Shown: positions 1-8,005, numbered from the stretch's first letter. The stretch: 12,269 nucleotides of DNA from Abditibacteriaceae bacterium (GCA_031372065.1 JANMKN010000184.1:1-12269); one strand, 5' to 3'. Notes: generated by a model not told the origin, from the sequence alone. Numbers and translations are program-made.

Positions 1-83
1 AGTCACTTTCTCGAAGGGAAAGCTGGAAATCTCTTGAAGAAAGCTGGATTTCTCTTGAGAAAAGCCAGATTTCCCTTGAGGTT
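1..83. repeat. Degenerate 21-nt tandem repeat (3 clear units plus a partial one, possibly continuing off the left edge)
   Basis: Units at 21 (agctggaaatctcttgaagaa), 42 (agctggatttctcttgagaaa) and 63 (agccagatttcccttgaggtt). The tttctc at 7-12 is in the same register. Confidence 0.75.
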
Positions 84-104
84 TCGACGCTGTATAACGA
101 AAAC

Positions 105-129
105 AGCCGCCGCGCGAACGCGGACGGCT
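105..129. terminator. GC-rich stem-loop, possible intrinsic terminator
   Basis: AGCCGCCGCG (105-114), loop CGAA (115-118), CGCGG-a-CGGCT (119-129): 10 bp with one bulge. On the - strand the loop reads UUCG and is followed by GTTTTCGTT; on the + strand it is followed only by TAAT. Confidence 0.4.
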
Positions 130-211
130 TAATGGCAAACATAATAGGCAATGCGGCGACTTTGCAACCTGCAAAAGCGAAATTTGTCCGCATATTGTCT
201 CGAAAATTTCC

Positions 212-2686
212 ATGAATCGAATTCTATTTGCATTTTTAGGCTTGTCGGTTGGCGGTGCGGCTTTGCTGTGTTTTAACGCGCCGCAAACTGTTGTGGCGCA
301 AAGTGCCAAGCCGAATGTCAGCGAAAAGCAGTTTCGCGCCTTTTTAGAGCAGCAATGCTTTAGTTGTCACGATTCCCAAAGCAAAAAAGGCGGGCTGGCG
401 CTGGATAAATTAGCCTTCGATTTCAAGGACGCCAAAAACTTCGATCAATGGCTGCGCGTATTTGATCGCGTGGACAAAGGCGAAATGCCGCCGCCCAATA
501 AGCCGCAGCCTTCGGCGCATGATCGCGCGGCACATCTCGCTTATTTGCGCTCACGTTTGCTGGATTTTTCGCATCAAAAACAAGCCGCCTCAGGCCGCAC
601 TGTTTTGCGTCGTTTGAACCGCGTGGAATACGAAAATACTATGCGCGATTTATTGGGCATTGACACGCGCTTGCAAGAATCTCTGCCCGAAGACACGCCT
701 GTGCAAGGCTTCGACACCGTCGCCGAGGGCTTGCGGCTTTCGCAGTTGCACATCGAAAAATATCTCGAAGCCGCCGACCTCGCTTTGAATAACGCGATTC
801 GCTTGGACGAAAAACCAGACGTGAAACAGCAGCACTTCGTCTATAAAGAACAAGAAGGTATCGTCAAGAACGCCGCCACCGAACATAGCCAAGTTTTGCC
901 GTTGGACGATGCGGCGGTCATTTTCAACGATGCGTCTTACATTACCAAAATCAACGGCGTAAATTTTCGAGAAAATGGCCTGTATAAATTTCGTGTGTCG
1001 GGCTACGCCTATCAAAGCGAAAAACCTGTCGGCCTCATCTTTTACGCGGGCACTTACAAAGCGGGCAGCACGCGCATTTTGGGCAACTTCGATATGCCGT
1101 CCAAAAGCGCCGATGGCAAAGCGCGCGAAGTGGAATGGACAGCGCACATCGAAGCGGGCGATTATGTTTATCCAGCGCCCGAAAACAACGACGCTTCGCC
1201 CGACGGCAAGAATATTTACAATGTCGGCGCGGCCAACTACAAAGGCGCCGGGCTTGCCGTGCAAGCCGTAGATATTGAAGGCCCTCTGCTGGCAAGCTGG
1301 CCGCCACCAAGCGTGAAACTGCTTTTCGGCGACACGCCAATGGTCGAGTTAGAAAAGAAAAAACAACGCTACGCCAACGGACGCAAAATTGCGTATCAAT
1401 TGGCACCGGGAAACCCGAAAGATTCCATTCGTCCGCTGGTCGAACGCTTTGCAACGCGCGCTTATCGCCGCCCATTGGAGGCAGGCGAAGTGGATGGTTT
1501 TATCAAGTTGGCGGAGGATAGCTTGGCAGCGGGCGCTTCATTTGAAGATGCCCTTCGCGTTGCCTTTCGCGGCATTTTAGTGTCGCCCGCGTTTTTGTTT
1601 TTAGAAGAAAAACCGGGGCCGCTCAACGATTATGCGTTAGCCTCGCGCCTATCCTATTTCTTGTGCAGCTCCATGCCCGACGAAGAATTATTAAATCTCG
1701 CGGCCAAAGGCGAATTGCGCAAGCCGGAAATTTTGCGCGCCCAAACCGAGCGAATGTTGAAGAGCGAGAAAAATTCTTTGGCGCGGAACTTTGCCGGACA
1801 ATGGCTGGAACTGCGCAAAATTGACGACACCACGCCCGACAAAAAACTGTATCCCGAATACGATGAACTTTTGAAAATTTCGATGCTGACCGAAACCGAA
1901 TCGTTCTTCAACGAGATGCTAAATAAGAATCTGAGCGTGTCCGAGTTCATCAACTCGAACTGGACGATTCTCAATCGCCGCTTGGCGCAGCATTATGGCA
2001 TTGAGAGCGTCGAAGGCGAGCAATTTCGGCGCGTAAGTTTGCCCGCCGATTCACCGCGTGGTGGCCTTCTCACGCAAGCCGCCGTTTTAAAAGTGACAGC
2101 CAATGGCACGACAACATCGCCGGTTTTGCGCGGCTCATGGGTGCTAAAACATATCATGGGCACGCCGCCCACACCGCCACCGCCCAATATTGGGAGTATA
2201 GAACCAGACACGCGCGGCGCCACAACGGTGCGCGAACAACTGGATAAGCACCGCACTTCGCCGACTTGCAATTCGTGCCATCGCCTGATTGACCCGCCCG
2301 GTTTTGCTCTTGAAAGTTTCGATGTTATCGGCGGCTGGCGTGACCGTTATCGCTCGCAAGGCAAAGGAGATAGGCCGACTTATAAATTTCAAGGGCGCAG
2401 CATTTACGAATATAAACTCGGTTTGCCCGTTGACGCGACTGGTGAATCGGCTGATGGCCGCAAATTCAGCGATGTGCGCGATTTCAAAAAACTGCTGATG
2501 GAACAGCAAGATCAAATCGCGCGGGCCTTGGCCGGGCAGTTATTAACCTACGCCACTGGCGCAGGTGTGCAATTTTCTGATCGCGCCGCTGTCGAAGAGA
2601 TCGTGAAAAATGCGAGCCAAGATAAAATCGGTTTGCGCTCGTTAATTCACGAAGTGGTGCAAAGTCCGGCGTTTCGCAATAAGTAG
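212..2686 (+). CDS. DUF1592-family planctomycete-type cytochrome c protein (PSCyt1 + DUF1587/DUF1595/DUF1592/DUF1588/DUF1585 architecture), exported
   Basis: Hydrophobic N-terminal signal. CFSCH (aa 49-53) with GEMPP (Met92) as likely distal ligand. Family-typical blocks LRRLNRVEYENTMRDLLG, FATRAYRRP, LASRLSYFL..SMPDEEL, RGGLLTQAAVL..TSPVLRG, second heme motif CNSCH..IDPPGFALESFD (nt 2267-2281), LLTYATG and C-terminal SPAF. Confidence 0.92.
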   Translation: MNRILFAFLGLSVGGAALLCFNAPQTVVAQSAKPNVSEKQFRAFLEQQCFSCHDSQSKKGGLALDKLAFDFKDAKNFDQWLRVFDRVDKGEMPPPNKPQPSAHDRAAHLAYLRSRLLDFSHQKQAASGRTVLRRLNRVEYENTMRDLLGIDTRLQESLPEDTPVQGFDTVAEGLRLSQLHIEKYLEAADLALNNAIRLDEKPDVKQQHFVYKEQEGIVKNAATEHSQVLPLDDAAVIFNDASYITKINGVNFRENGLYKFRVSGYAYQSEKPVGLIFYAGTYKAGSTRILGNFDMPSKSADGKAREVEWTAHIEAGDYVYPAPENNDASPDGKNIYNVGAANYKGAGLAVQAVDIEGPLLASWPPPSVKLLFGDTPMVELEKKKQRYANGRKIAYQLAPGNPKDSIRPLVERFATRAYRRPLEAGEVDGFIKLAEDSLAAGASFEDALRVAFRGILVSPAFLFLEEKPGPLNDYALASRLSYFLCSSMPDEELLNLAAKGELRKPEILRAQTERMLKSEKNSLARNFAGQWLELRKIDDTTPDKKLYPEYDELLKISMLTETESFFNEMLNKNLSVSEFINSNWTILNRRLAQHYGIESVEGEQFRRVSLPADSPRGGLLTQAAVLKVTANGTTTSPVLRGSWVLKHIMGTPPTPPPPNIGSIEPDTRGATTVREQLDKHRTSPTCNSCHRLIDPPGFALESFDVIGGWRDRYRSQGKGDRPTYKFQGRSIYEYKLGLPVDATGESADGRKFSDVRDFKKLLMEQQDQIARALAGQLLTYATGAGVQFSDRAAVEEIVKNASQDKIGLRSLIHEVVQSPAFRNK

Positions 2687-2692
2687 AAGCCC

Positions 2693-3967
2693 ATGAACAC
2701 ACAAAATTTGTCGCGGCGCACGTTTTTGAAAGGCTCAGGCGTGGCGCTTTCGCTGCCGTTTCTTGATGCGATGCTGCCGCAGCGCTTGCTTGCCGATGGC
2801 AGCAAAGCCGCGCCGCCGCGTCGTATGGTATGCATTTGCACTTCGCTTGGGTTGCACGCAGAAAATCTGTTTCCCGAAACGCCGGGCCGCGATTATACGC
2901 CGACGCCATATTTGGAAATGCTCAAAGACCACCGCGACGATTTTTCGGTGTTTTCGGGCCTTTCGCATCCCGAACAGTCGGGCCGCGATGGGCATTCATC
3001 GGAAATGACGTGGCTGACCAGCGCCAAAAATCCGGGGCTTGCCGGTTTCCGCAATACCATTTCGATTGACCAATATATTGCCGAAAAAATCGGCTACGAA
3101 ACGCGTTATCCATCACTGATTATGGGCAGCGGCGGCGGCAGTCAATCTTACACGCGCAGCGGCGTAATGATTCCCGCCGATTCCAGCCCGTCGCGCGTTT
3201 TTGCGAAATTGTTTCTTGATGGCTCGCCCGGCGAAGTGAAAGCGCAAATGCAAAAAATCCGCGAAGGCCGCAGTATCATGGACGCGGTGCAAGAACAGGC
3301 TAACGGCTTTTCGAAGCGCATCGGGCAAGCTGACCGCGACAAGTTGGATGAATATTACACCTCGGTGCGCGAGATGGAACAGCGCCTCGTCAAAGCCGAC
3401 GATTGGACGCAAAAACCCAAGCCCAAAGTGGATGTGGAGCCGCCCAAAGACATTCAAGACGAACGCGATTTCATTGGCCGCACCAAACTGCTTTTCGATT
3501 TAGTGCCGCTGGCTTTGCAAACCGATTCGACGCGTTTGATAACAATTTTAGTTTCGGGCGGCGGCAAAGTGCCGCTCGTCGAAGGCGTGACGATTGACCA
3601 TCATGGCCTCAGTCATCACGGCAAAGACCCCGATAAATTGGCGCAACTGAAACGCGTCGAAGAAGCGCAATTTCGGGCGTTCGGCGGCTTGATAAATTCG
3701 CTGAAGAATCAGCGCGAAGGCGATGCGCGCTTGATTGATAACACGATGGTTTTGTTCGGCAGCAACCTCGGCAATGCCAACGCGCACGACTGGCGCAACT
3801 TGCCCGTTGTTTTCGCTGGCGGCGGCTTCAAACACGGCGCTTATCATGCCTTCGACGCGCAAAATAACAAGCCATTTAGCAACTTGTTCGTGACGATGTT
3901 GCAACGCATGAACATCGAAACCGAAGCCTTCGGCAGCAGCAGCGGCACGATTAACGAAATCATTTGA
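2693..3967 (+). CDS. DUF1552 (HXXSHH) family protein, Tat-exported
   Basis: Twin-arginine signal SRRTFLKG..LSLPFLDAM. Signature HGLSHH (nt 3602-3619), SIDQ, KLDEY..SVRE.E.R and GNANAH...LP motifs. Lies 6 nt downstream of the DUF1592 gene, the usual arrangement. Confidence 0.92.
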   Translation: MNTQNLSRRTFLKGSGVALSLPFLDAMLPQRLLADGSKAAPPRRMVCICTSLGLHAENLFPETPGRDYTPTPYLEMLKDHRDDFSVFSGLSHPEQSGRDGHSSEMTWLTSAKNPGLAGFRNTISIDQYIAEKIGYETRYPSLIMGSGGGSQSYTRSGVMIPADSSPSRVFAKLFLDGSPGEVKAQMQKIREGRSIMDAVQEQANGFSKRIGQADRDKLDEYYTSVREMEQRLVKADDWTQKPKPKVDVEPPKDIQDERDFIGRTKLLFDLVPLALQTDSTRLITILVSGGGKVPLVEGVTIDHHGLSHHGKDPDKLAQLKRVEEAQFRAFGGLINSLKNQREGDARLIDNTMVLFGSNLGNANAHDWRNLPVVFAGGGFKHGAYHAFDAQNNKPFSNLFVTMLQRMNIETEAFGSSSGTINEII

Positions 3968-4755
3968 ACGCCCCCATTATAAAATCTCGTCAGCATCCGC
4001 TTTGCAAGTTAGTGCGCGCTTTAAATCAGCCGCGCGAACGAAGACAGCGCGGTTTATTTATTGCGCCCGGCGGCAACGCGGTCACGGCTGCATTAGCGGC
4101 GCGTTGGCCTTTAGAGCGCATTGTTGTTTCGCCCGACGATGCGCAAAGCGGCTGGGCACAAATCGCTGAAAATGCGGGCGTGCCGCTGGTTTTGGCCGAC
4201 GAAGAAATACTTGAATATATCGGCGATGTGCCAAGCGCCCCGGACGTTTTAGCCATCGCGCGAATGCCAAAAGAACAAGGCGAATTGCCGCGCGATGGCC
4301 TGATTTTGGTGTTGGATGGCATCGGCGACCCCGGCAATGTCGGGACACTGATTCGCAGCGCCGATGCGTCTGGCGCGGCGGCGGTTTTATGTTCGCAAAA
4401 CAGCGCCGATGCTTTTGGCCTCAAAGCCGTGCGCGCTTCGGCGGGCAGCGTTTTTCATTTGCCGCCGCTAACATTCGAGAATCACGCACCGGAAGCATTA
4501 GCCGCACATTTGCAACGCGAAAACCTTCCGATTATTGTTGCTGTGGCGCACAACGGACAAAGCTGTTTTGAATATCGCTGGCCGGCGCGCTGCGCTTTAG
4601 TTCTCGGCCACGAAACGCGCGGGGTGGCGTCCGTTTGGGAAGAAAATGCCTCGGTGCGCGTGACAATTCCGCTTTTTGGCCGCGCCGAATCGTTAAATGT
4701 CGCAGCGGCAGGCGCCGTTTTGCTTTATGCGGCGCGCAATCAGGCTTCGCAATAG
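3964..4755 (+). CDS. TrmH/SpoU-family (SPOUT) RNA 2'-O-methyltransferase with N-terminal substrate-binding domain
   Basis: SPOUT motifs LDGIGDPGNVGTLIRSA, LVLGHETRGV and IPLFGRAESLNVAAA. The TTG start overlaps the upstream TGA (TTGA at 3964-3967); exact start uncertain. Confidence 0.9.
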   Translation: MNAPIIKSRQHPLCKLVRALNQPRERRQRGLFIAPGGNAVTAALAARWPLERIVVSPDDAQSGWAQIAENAGVPLVLADEEILEYIGDVPSAPDVLAIARMPKEQGELPRDGLILVLDGIGDPGNVGTLIRSADASGAAAVLCSQNSADAFGLKAVRASAGSVFHLPPLTFENHAPEALAAHLQRENLPIIVAVAHNGQSCFEYRWPARCALVLGHETRGVASVWEENASVRVTIPLFGRAESLNVAAAGAVLLYAARNQASQ

Positions 4756-4840
4756 GTCTTTGGGGTTAAGTTTTCGCTTGAAACTGTGCTTTCAATTTCG
4801 TCCGTAGAATCATTTCGAGAGTGTGTAAACTTCGCTTGTT

Positions 4841-5197
4841 ATGCCACTGCAACCAACAAAAACACTGGAAACTTTTCCCAACCCGCATCCCGCCAACAAT
4901 TACACCATTCGCTTTCAAACGCAGGAGTTTACAACCCTGTGCCCGCTGACCGGGCAGCCCGATTTCGCGCAACTCACTGTCGAATATGCGCCCGCTGCGC
5001 TCTGCCTCGAATCGAAAAGTCTCAAGCAATTTCTGTGGAGTTTTCGCAACGAAGGCCACTTTCACGAAGATGTGACCAACATCCTTCTCAATGCCTTCGT
5101 CGAAGCCATTCAGCCCCAATGGATGGTCGTAACCGGCCATTACAATGTGCGCGGCGGCATTGATTTCGTGATTACGGCGCGACATGACCAAACATGA
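4841..5197 (+). CDS. queF: NADPH-dependent 7-cyano-7-deazaguanine (preQ0) reductase, unimodular type I QueF
   Basis: EFTTLCPLTGQPDFA (catalytic Cys34, Asp41), QueF motif ESKSLK, FHE and C-terminal RGGI. 118 aa. Confidence 0.95.
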   Translation: MPLQPTKTLETFPNPHPANNYTIRFQTQEFTTLCPLTGQPDFAQLTVEYAPAALCLESKSLKQFLWSFRNEGHFHEDVTNILLNAFVEAIQPQWMVVTGHYNVRGGIDFVITARHDQT

Positions 5198-5730
5198 TTA
5201 TTGATAGCGCGCGCAGTTTCGATGAAGCGTTTGAAGGCAAACGTGTGCCGCAATTTATACGGCGTCATTTGTCGCTGCTGGACATTGATTATTGGAGTTT
5301 CGATGGCACTTTGCATCGAGGGCAAATTATCGTCAATGAAGTGTTAGCCGACGAAGTGCGCGCCCTATTCGAGGATATTTGCGTCGCGCGTTTTCCAATT
5401 GCGAAAATGTGCCTTATATGCGAATACAATTGGGACGATGACCTTTCTATGGCCGACAACAATTCCAGCGGCTACAATCCGCGCCGCGTGTCGGGCACGC
5501 GGCGCAAATCCTTGCACGCGATGGGCCGCGCCATTGACATCAACCCGTTTCTCAATCCGTGGGAACACGACGGAAAAATTGAGCCGCCCGGCGCCGTTTA
5601 CAACCCCACAAAACCCGGCACAATGACAGACGATGATGCTGCGGTGCGCGCCTTTTTACAACGCGGCTGGGAATGGGGCGGCCATTGGACGACGATGAAA
5701 GACTGGCATCATTTCCAAAAGCCAGAGTAG
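5194..5730 (+). CDS. M15-family zinc metallopeptidase (D-Ala-D-Ala carboxypeptidase-like)
   Basis: SxHxxGxAxD motif (SLHAMGRAIDINP), upstream NNSSGYNPR and C-terminal WGGHW...DWHHFQ. ATGA overlap with queF. Confidence 0.9.
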   Translation: MIIDSARSFDEAFEGKRVPQFIRRHLSLLDIDYWSFDGTLHRGQIIVNEVLADEVRALFEDICVARFPIAKMCLICEYNWDDDLSMADNNSSGYNPRRVSGTRRKSLHAMGRAIDINPFLNPWEHDGKIEPPGAVYNPTKPGTMTDDDAAVRAFLQRGWEWGGHWTTMKDWHHFQKPE

Positions 5731-5740
5731 AAATAAAGAA

Positions 5741-5769
5741 TTCATGAACGCGGCCATTTTTTGTAAGCT
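5741..5769 (+). promoter_or_regulatory. Weak candidate sigma70-type promoter for lutBC
   Basis: TTCATG (5741-5746), 17 nt, TAAGCT (5764-5769) in an AT-rich intergenic gap. Only 3/6 match in each box. Confidence 0.25.
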
Positions 5770-5789
5770 ACCGATTGAAAGCCAATCCC

Positions 5790-7274
5790 ATGACCACTGC
5801 TGAAACCACCGCCGAACAGATTCATACGCCGAGCCATACTGCCGACACTTATTCCGAGCAATATTCGTCGCCCGCCAAGCAGTTTCATCACGACGCGCAT
5901 GAAATGACGCATGATTTGGCGCATCGTGCGCTGATTCAAAAGGCGCTTAGTGGCTACTATGTCAAGCGCGATGAATGGAAGAATCGCTATGTGTCGTGGC
6001 AGGACGCACGGCAGGCGGCGGGCGAAATCAAATGGGAAGCTGTCAATCATCTTGACCGCTATTTGGATGAATTCGCGCAAAAAATCGCCGCGCGCGGCAC
6101 GCAGGTTTTTTGGGCCGAAGACAGCAAGGCGGCGCGCGATTATATTCTCGAAGTCTGCAAAAAAGCGGGCGCCAAAGTCATCAAATCGAAGACGATGACC
6201 AGCGAGGAAATTCATCTCAACGAAGCCCTGATCCAAAATGGTTTGGAAGTGGTGGAAAGCGATTTGGGCGAATATATAGTGCAATTGCGCGAAGAAGCGC
6301 CGTATCATTTTGTGTTTCCGGCGATGCACCTGACGCGCGGGCAAATTAGCGATATTTTCCAAGAAAAACTGGGCACGCAGCCCAGTGACAGCCCCGAAGA
6401 ACTCACCATGATTGCGCGGCGCGTGATGCGCCAAAAATATCTCGAAGCGGATGTCGGCATTACGGGCGCCAACTTCGCTATCGCCGAAACGGGCACCATT
6501 TCCATCACCGAAAACGAAGGCAACGCGCGCTTGACGATGAGTTTGCCGCGCGTGCATATTGTTTTAGTTGGCATCGAAAAAGTGCTGCCCAAATTGGATG
6601 ATCTCGCCTTGTTTTTGCCGATGCTCGCCACCGCAGGTGCCGGCCAGCCGCTCACCGGCTACAACACCATGATTTCTGGCCCGCGACGCGAAAATGAAGC
6701 GGACGGCCCCGAAGAAATGCACGTTGTTTTGCTCAACAATCAGCGCACCGAACTGTTGGCCGACCCCGAACAACGCGATGCTTTGCATTGCATCCGCTGC
6801 GGCGCCTGTTTGAATGTTTGTCCGATTTTCAAAAACGTCGGCGGCCATGCCTATGGCACGACGTATCAAGGCCCGATTGGGGCGGTTATCACGCCGCATT
6901 TGCGCGGTTTGCAAGAATGGAAGCATTTGTCGGGTGCGTCTTCGTTATGCGGCGCCTGCACCGAAGCGTGCCCGGTGAAAATTGATTTGCATCATCATTT
7001 GCTGCAAAGCCGCCGCAACGCCGCAGCGGAAAAGCCGAAATTTCCCGAAAATTTAGCGTGGAAAGGCTTTAGTTTTTTGATGCGGCGTCCGCGCCTTTAC
7101 CAAACTGCCATGCTATTGGGCCGCGTTTTTCAGCCGTTTCATCGCTTAGTTGATCGCACGCCGCTTGACCCGCTGAAAGCGTGGACAACAGTGCGCACTT
7201 TTCCCCGATTAGCGCGCCGCTCGTTTCGCGAAGAATGGCAAGCCGCCAAAGCCGAACGCGGAGGTGACGCATGA
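5790..7274 (+). CDS. lutB: Lactate utilization protein B (LutB/LldF/YkgF): LUD domain plus two 4Fe-4S motifs
   Basis: KSKTMTSEEI, ESDLGEYIVQL..E.PYH.V.PAMH, ITGANF.IAETG..ENEGN, CIRCGACLNVCP, Y.GPIG and SSLCGACTEACPVKI. ATG at 5790 chosen; an in-frame TTG at 5775 is the alternative start. Confidence 0.93.
   Translation: MTTAETTAEQIHTPSHTADTYSEQYSSPAKQFHHDAHEMTHDLAHRALIQKALSGYYVKRDEWKNRYVSWQDARQAAGEIKWEAVNHLDRYLDEFAQKIAARGTQVFWAEDSKAARDYILEVCKKAGAKVIKSKTMTSEEIHLNEALIQNGLEVVESDLGEYIVQLREEAPYHFVFPAMHLTRGQISDIFQEKLGTQPSDSPEELTMIARRVMRQKYLEADVGITGANFAIAETGTISITENEGNARLTMSLPRVHIVLVGIEKVLPKLDDLALFLPMLATAGAGQPLTGYNTMISGPRRENEADGPEEMHVVLLNNQRTELLADPEQRDALHCIRCGACLNVCPIFKNVGGHAYGTTYQGPIGAVITPHLRGLQEWKHLSGASSLCGACTEACPVKIDLHHHLLQSRRNAAAEKPKFPENLAWKGFSFLMRRPRLYQTAMLLGRVFQPFHRLVDRTPLDPLKAWTTVRTFPRLARRSFREEWQAAKAERGGDA
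7260..7267 (+). promoter_or_regulatory. Shine-Dalgarno sequence for lutC
   Basis: GGAGGTGA, with GGAGG ending 6 nt before the ATG at 7271. Confidence 0.7.
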
Positions 7275-8005
7275 AAAATGTAGCAAAAGGCCAGCAACTC
7301 GGCGCGCGCGAAGCGATTCTTTCCAAAATCACACGCGCCTTGCAAATTCCCGCGCCAAAACCCGGTGCGCATACCACCCCCCACCCAACCTCCCCCACAG
7401 GGGGAGGAGTTGTGCTTCCTGTCATCAACGGCGCGCAGTGGCAACAATGGCTGCCGCCCGCCGGTGAAAAATGGGACGATTGGGCCGCGCTCTTTGCCAG
7501 CAACGCCGAAGGCTTGAAAGCCGACTTTCGCTTGCTGGCAAATGAAAGCGAATTGCCCGCCGCCCTGCAAAAACTGCGCGACGAAAATCATTGGCAGCGC
7601 ATCGCGTTTCATAGCGGTGAATTAACCGAAACAGCCAGACACACTTTAGATTTGCCGTCGCTGGAAATTGTCGAAGGCTATGACCGCGACGAACTGGAAA
7701 AATGCGATGCCGGAATTACGCTGTGCGACGCGCTGATTGCGCAAACTGGCAGCATTTTAATTACTTCGCGCAGTGCCGGAGGCCGCGCTCTTTCGGTTTT
7801 GCCGCCGCATCATGTGGTGTTGGCGCGGCGCGAGCAACTCGTGCCCGATTTGCCATCGGCTTTTGAACTTTTGCGCGCTTCTTACGGCGATGATTTGCCC
7901 AGCATGATGGGTTTTATTACCGGCCCCAGTCGCACGGGCGATATTGAGCGCATTTTAGTTCTTGGCGCGCATGGGCCGAAGCAACTGACAATTTTTTGCG
8001 TTTAA
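7271..8005 (+). CDS. lutC: Lactate utilization protein C (LutC/LldG/YkgG), LUD domain
   Basis: N-terminal AREAILSKI, GIT.CDALIAQTGS, GR.LS.LPP.H and the diagnostic ITGPSRTGDIE..LVLGAHGP. ATGA overlap with lutB. Confidence 0.92.
   Translation: MKNVAKGQQLGAREAILSKITRALQIPAPKPGAHTTPHPTSPTGGGVVLPVINGAQWQQWLPPAGEKWDDWAALFASNAEGLKADFRLLANESELPAALQKLRDENHWQRIAFHSGELTETARHTLDLPSLEIVEGYDRDELEKCDAGITLCDALIAQTGSILITSRSAGGRALSVLPPHHVVLARREQLVPDLPSAFELLRASYGDDLPSMMGFITGPSRTGDIERILVLGAHGPKQLTIFCV
7377..7410. repeat. Short GC-rich palindromic (REP-like) element read in frame within lutC
   Basis: CCCCCCACCCAA followed by a perfect 8-bp hairpin, CCTCCCCC (7389-7396) ACA GGGGGAGG (7400-7407). Encodes PHPTSPTGGG. 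Composition differs from the surrounding coding DNA. Only one copy in the window. Confidence 0.65.

Noticed and set aside
1..83. CRISPR array
   Set aside because: Units are contiguous, degenerate 21-mers without unique spacers, and no cas genes are present.
4756..4840. preQ1 riboswitch upstream of queF
   Set aside because: No recognisable preQ1-I stem with GTTC-type loop and A-rich 3' tail. A covariance search would be needed to exclude divergent classes.
7389..7407. Hairpin in lutC as an intrinsic terminator
   Set aside because: It lies inside an intact CDS and has no U-tract on either strand; a palindromic insertion explains it better.
5194..8005. van-like glycopeptide resistance cluster (M15 peptidase plus lactate genes)
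   Set aside because: LutBC belong to an L-lactate oxidation complex, not VanH. There is no D-Ala-D-Lac ligase or VanRS in the window.
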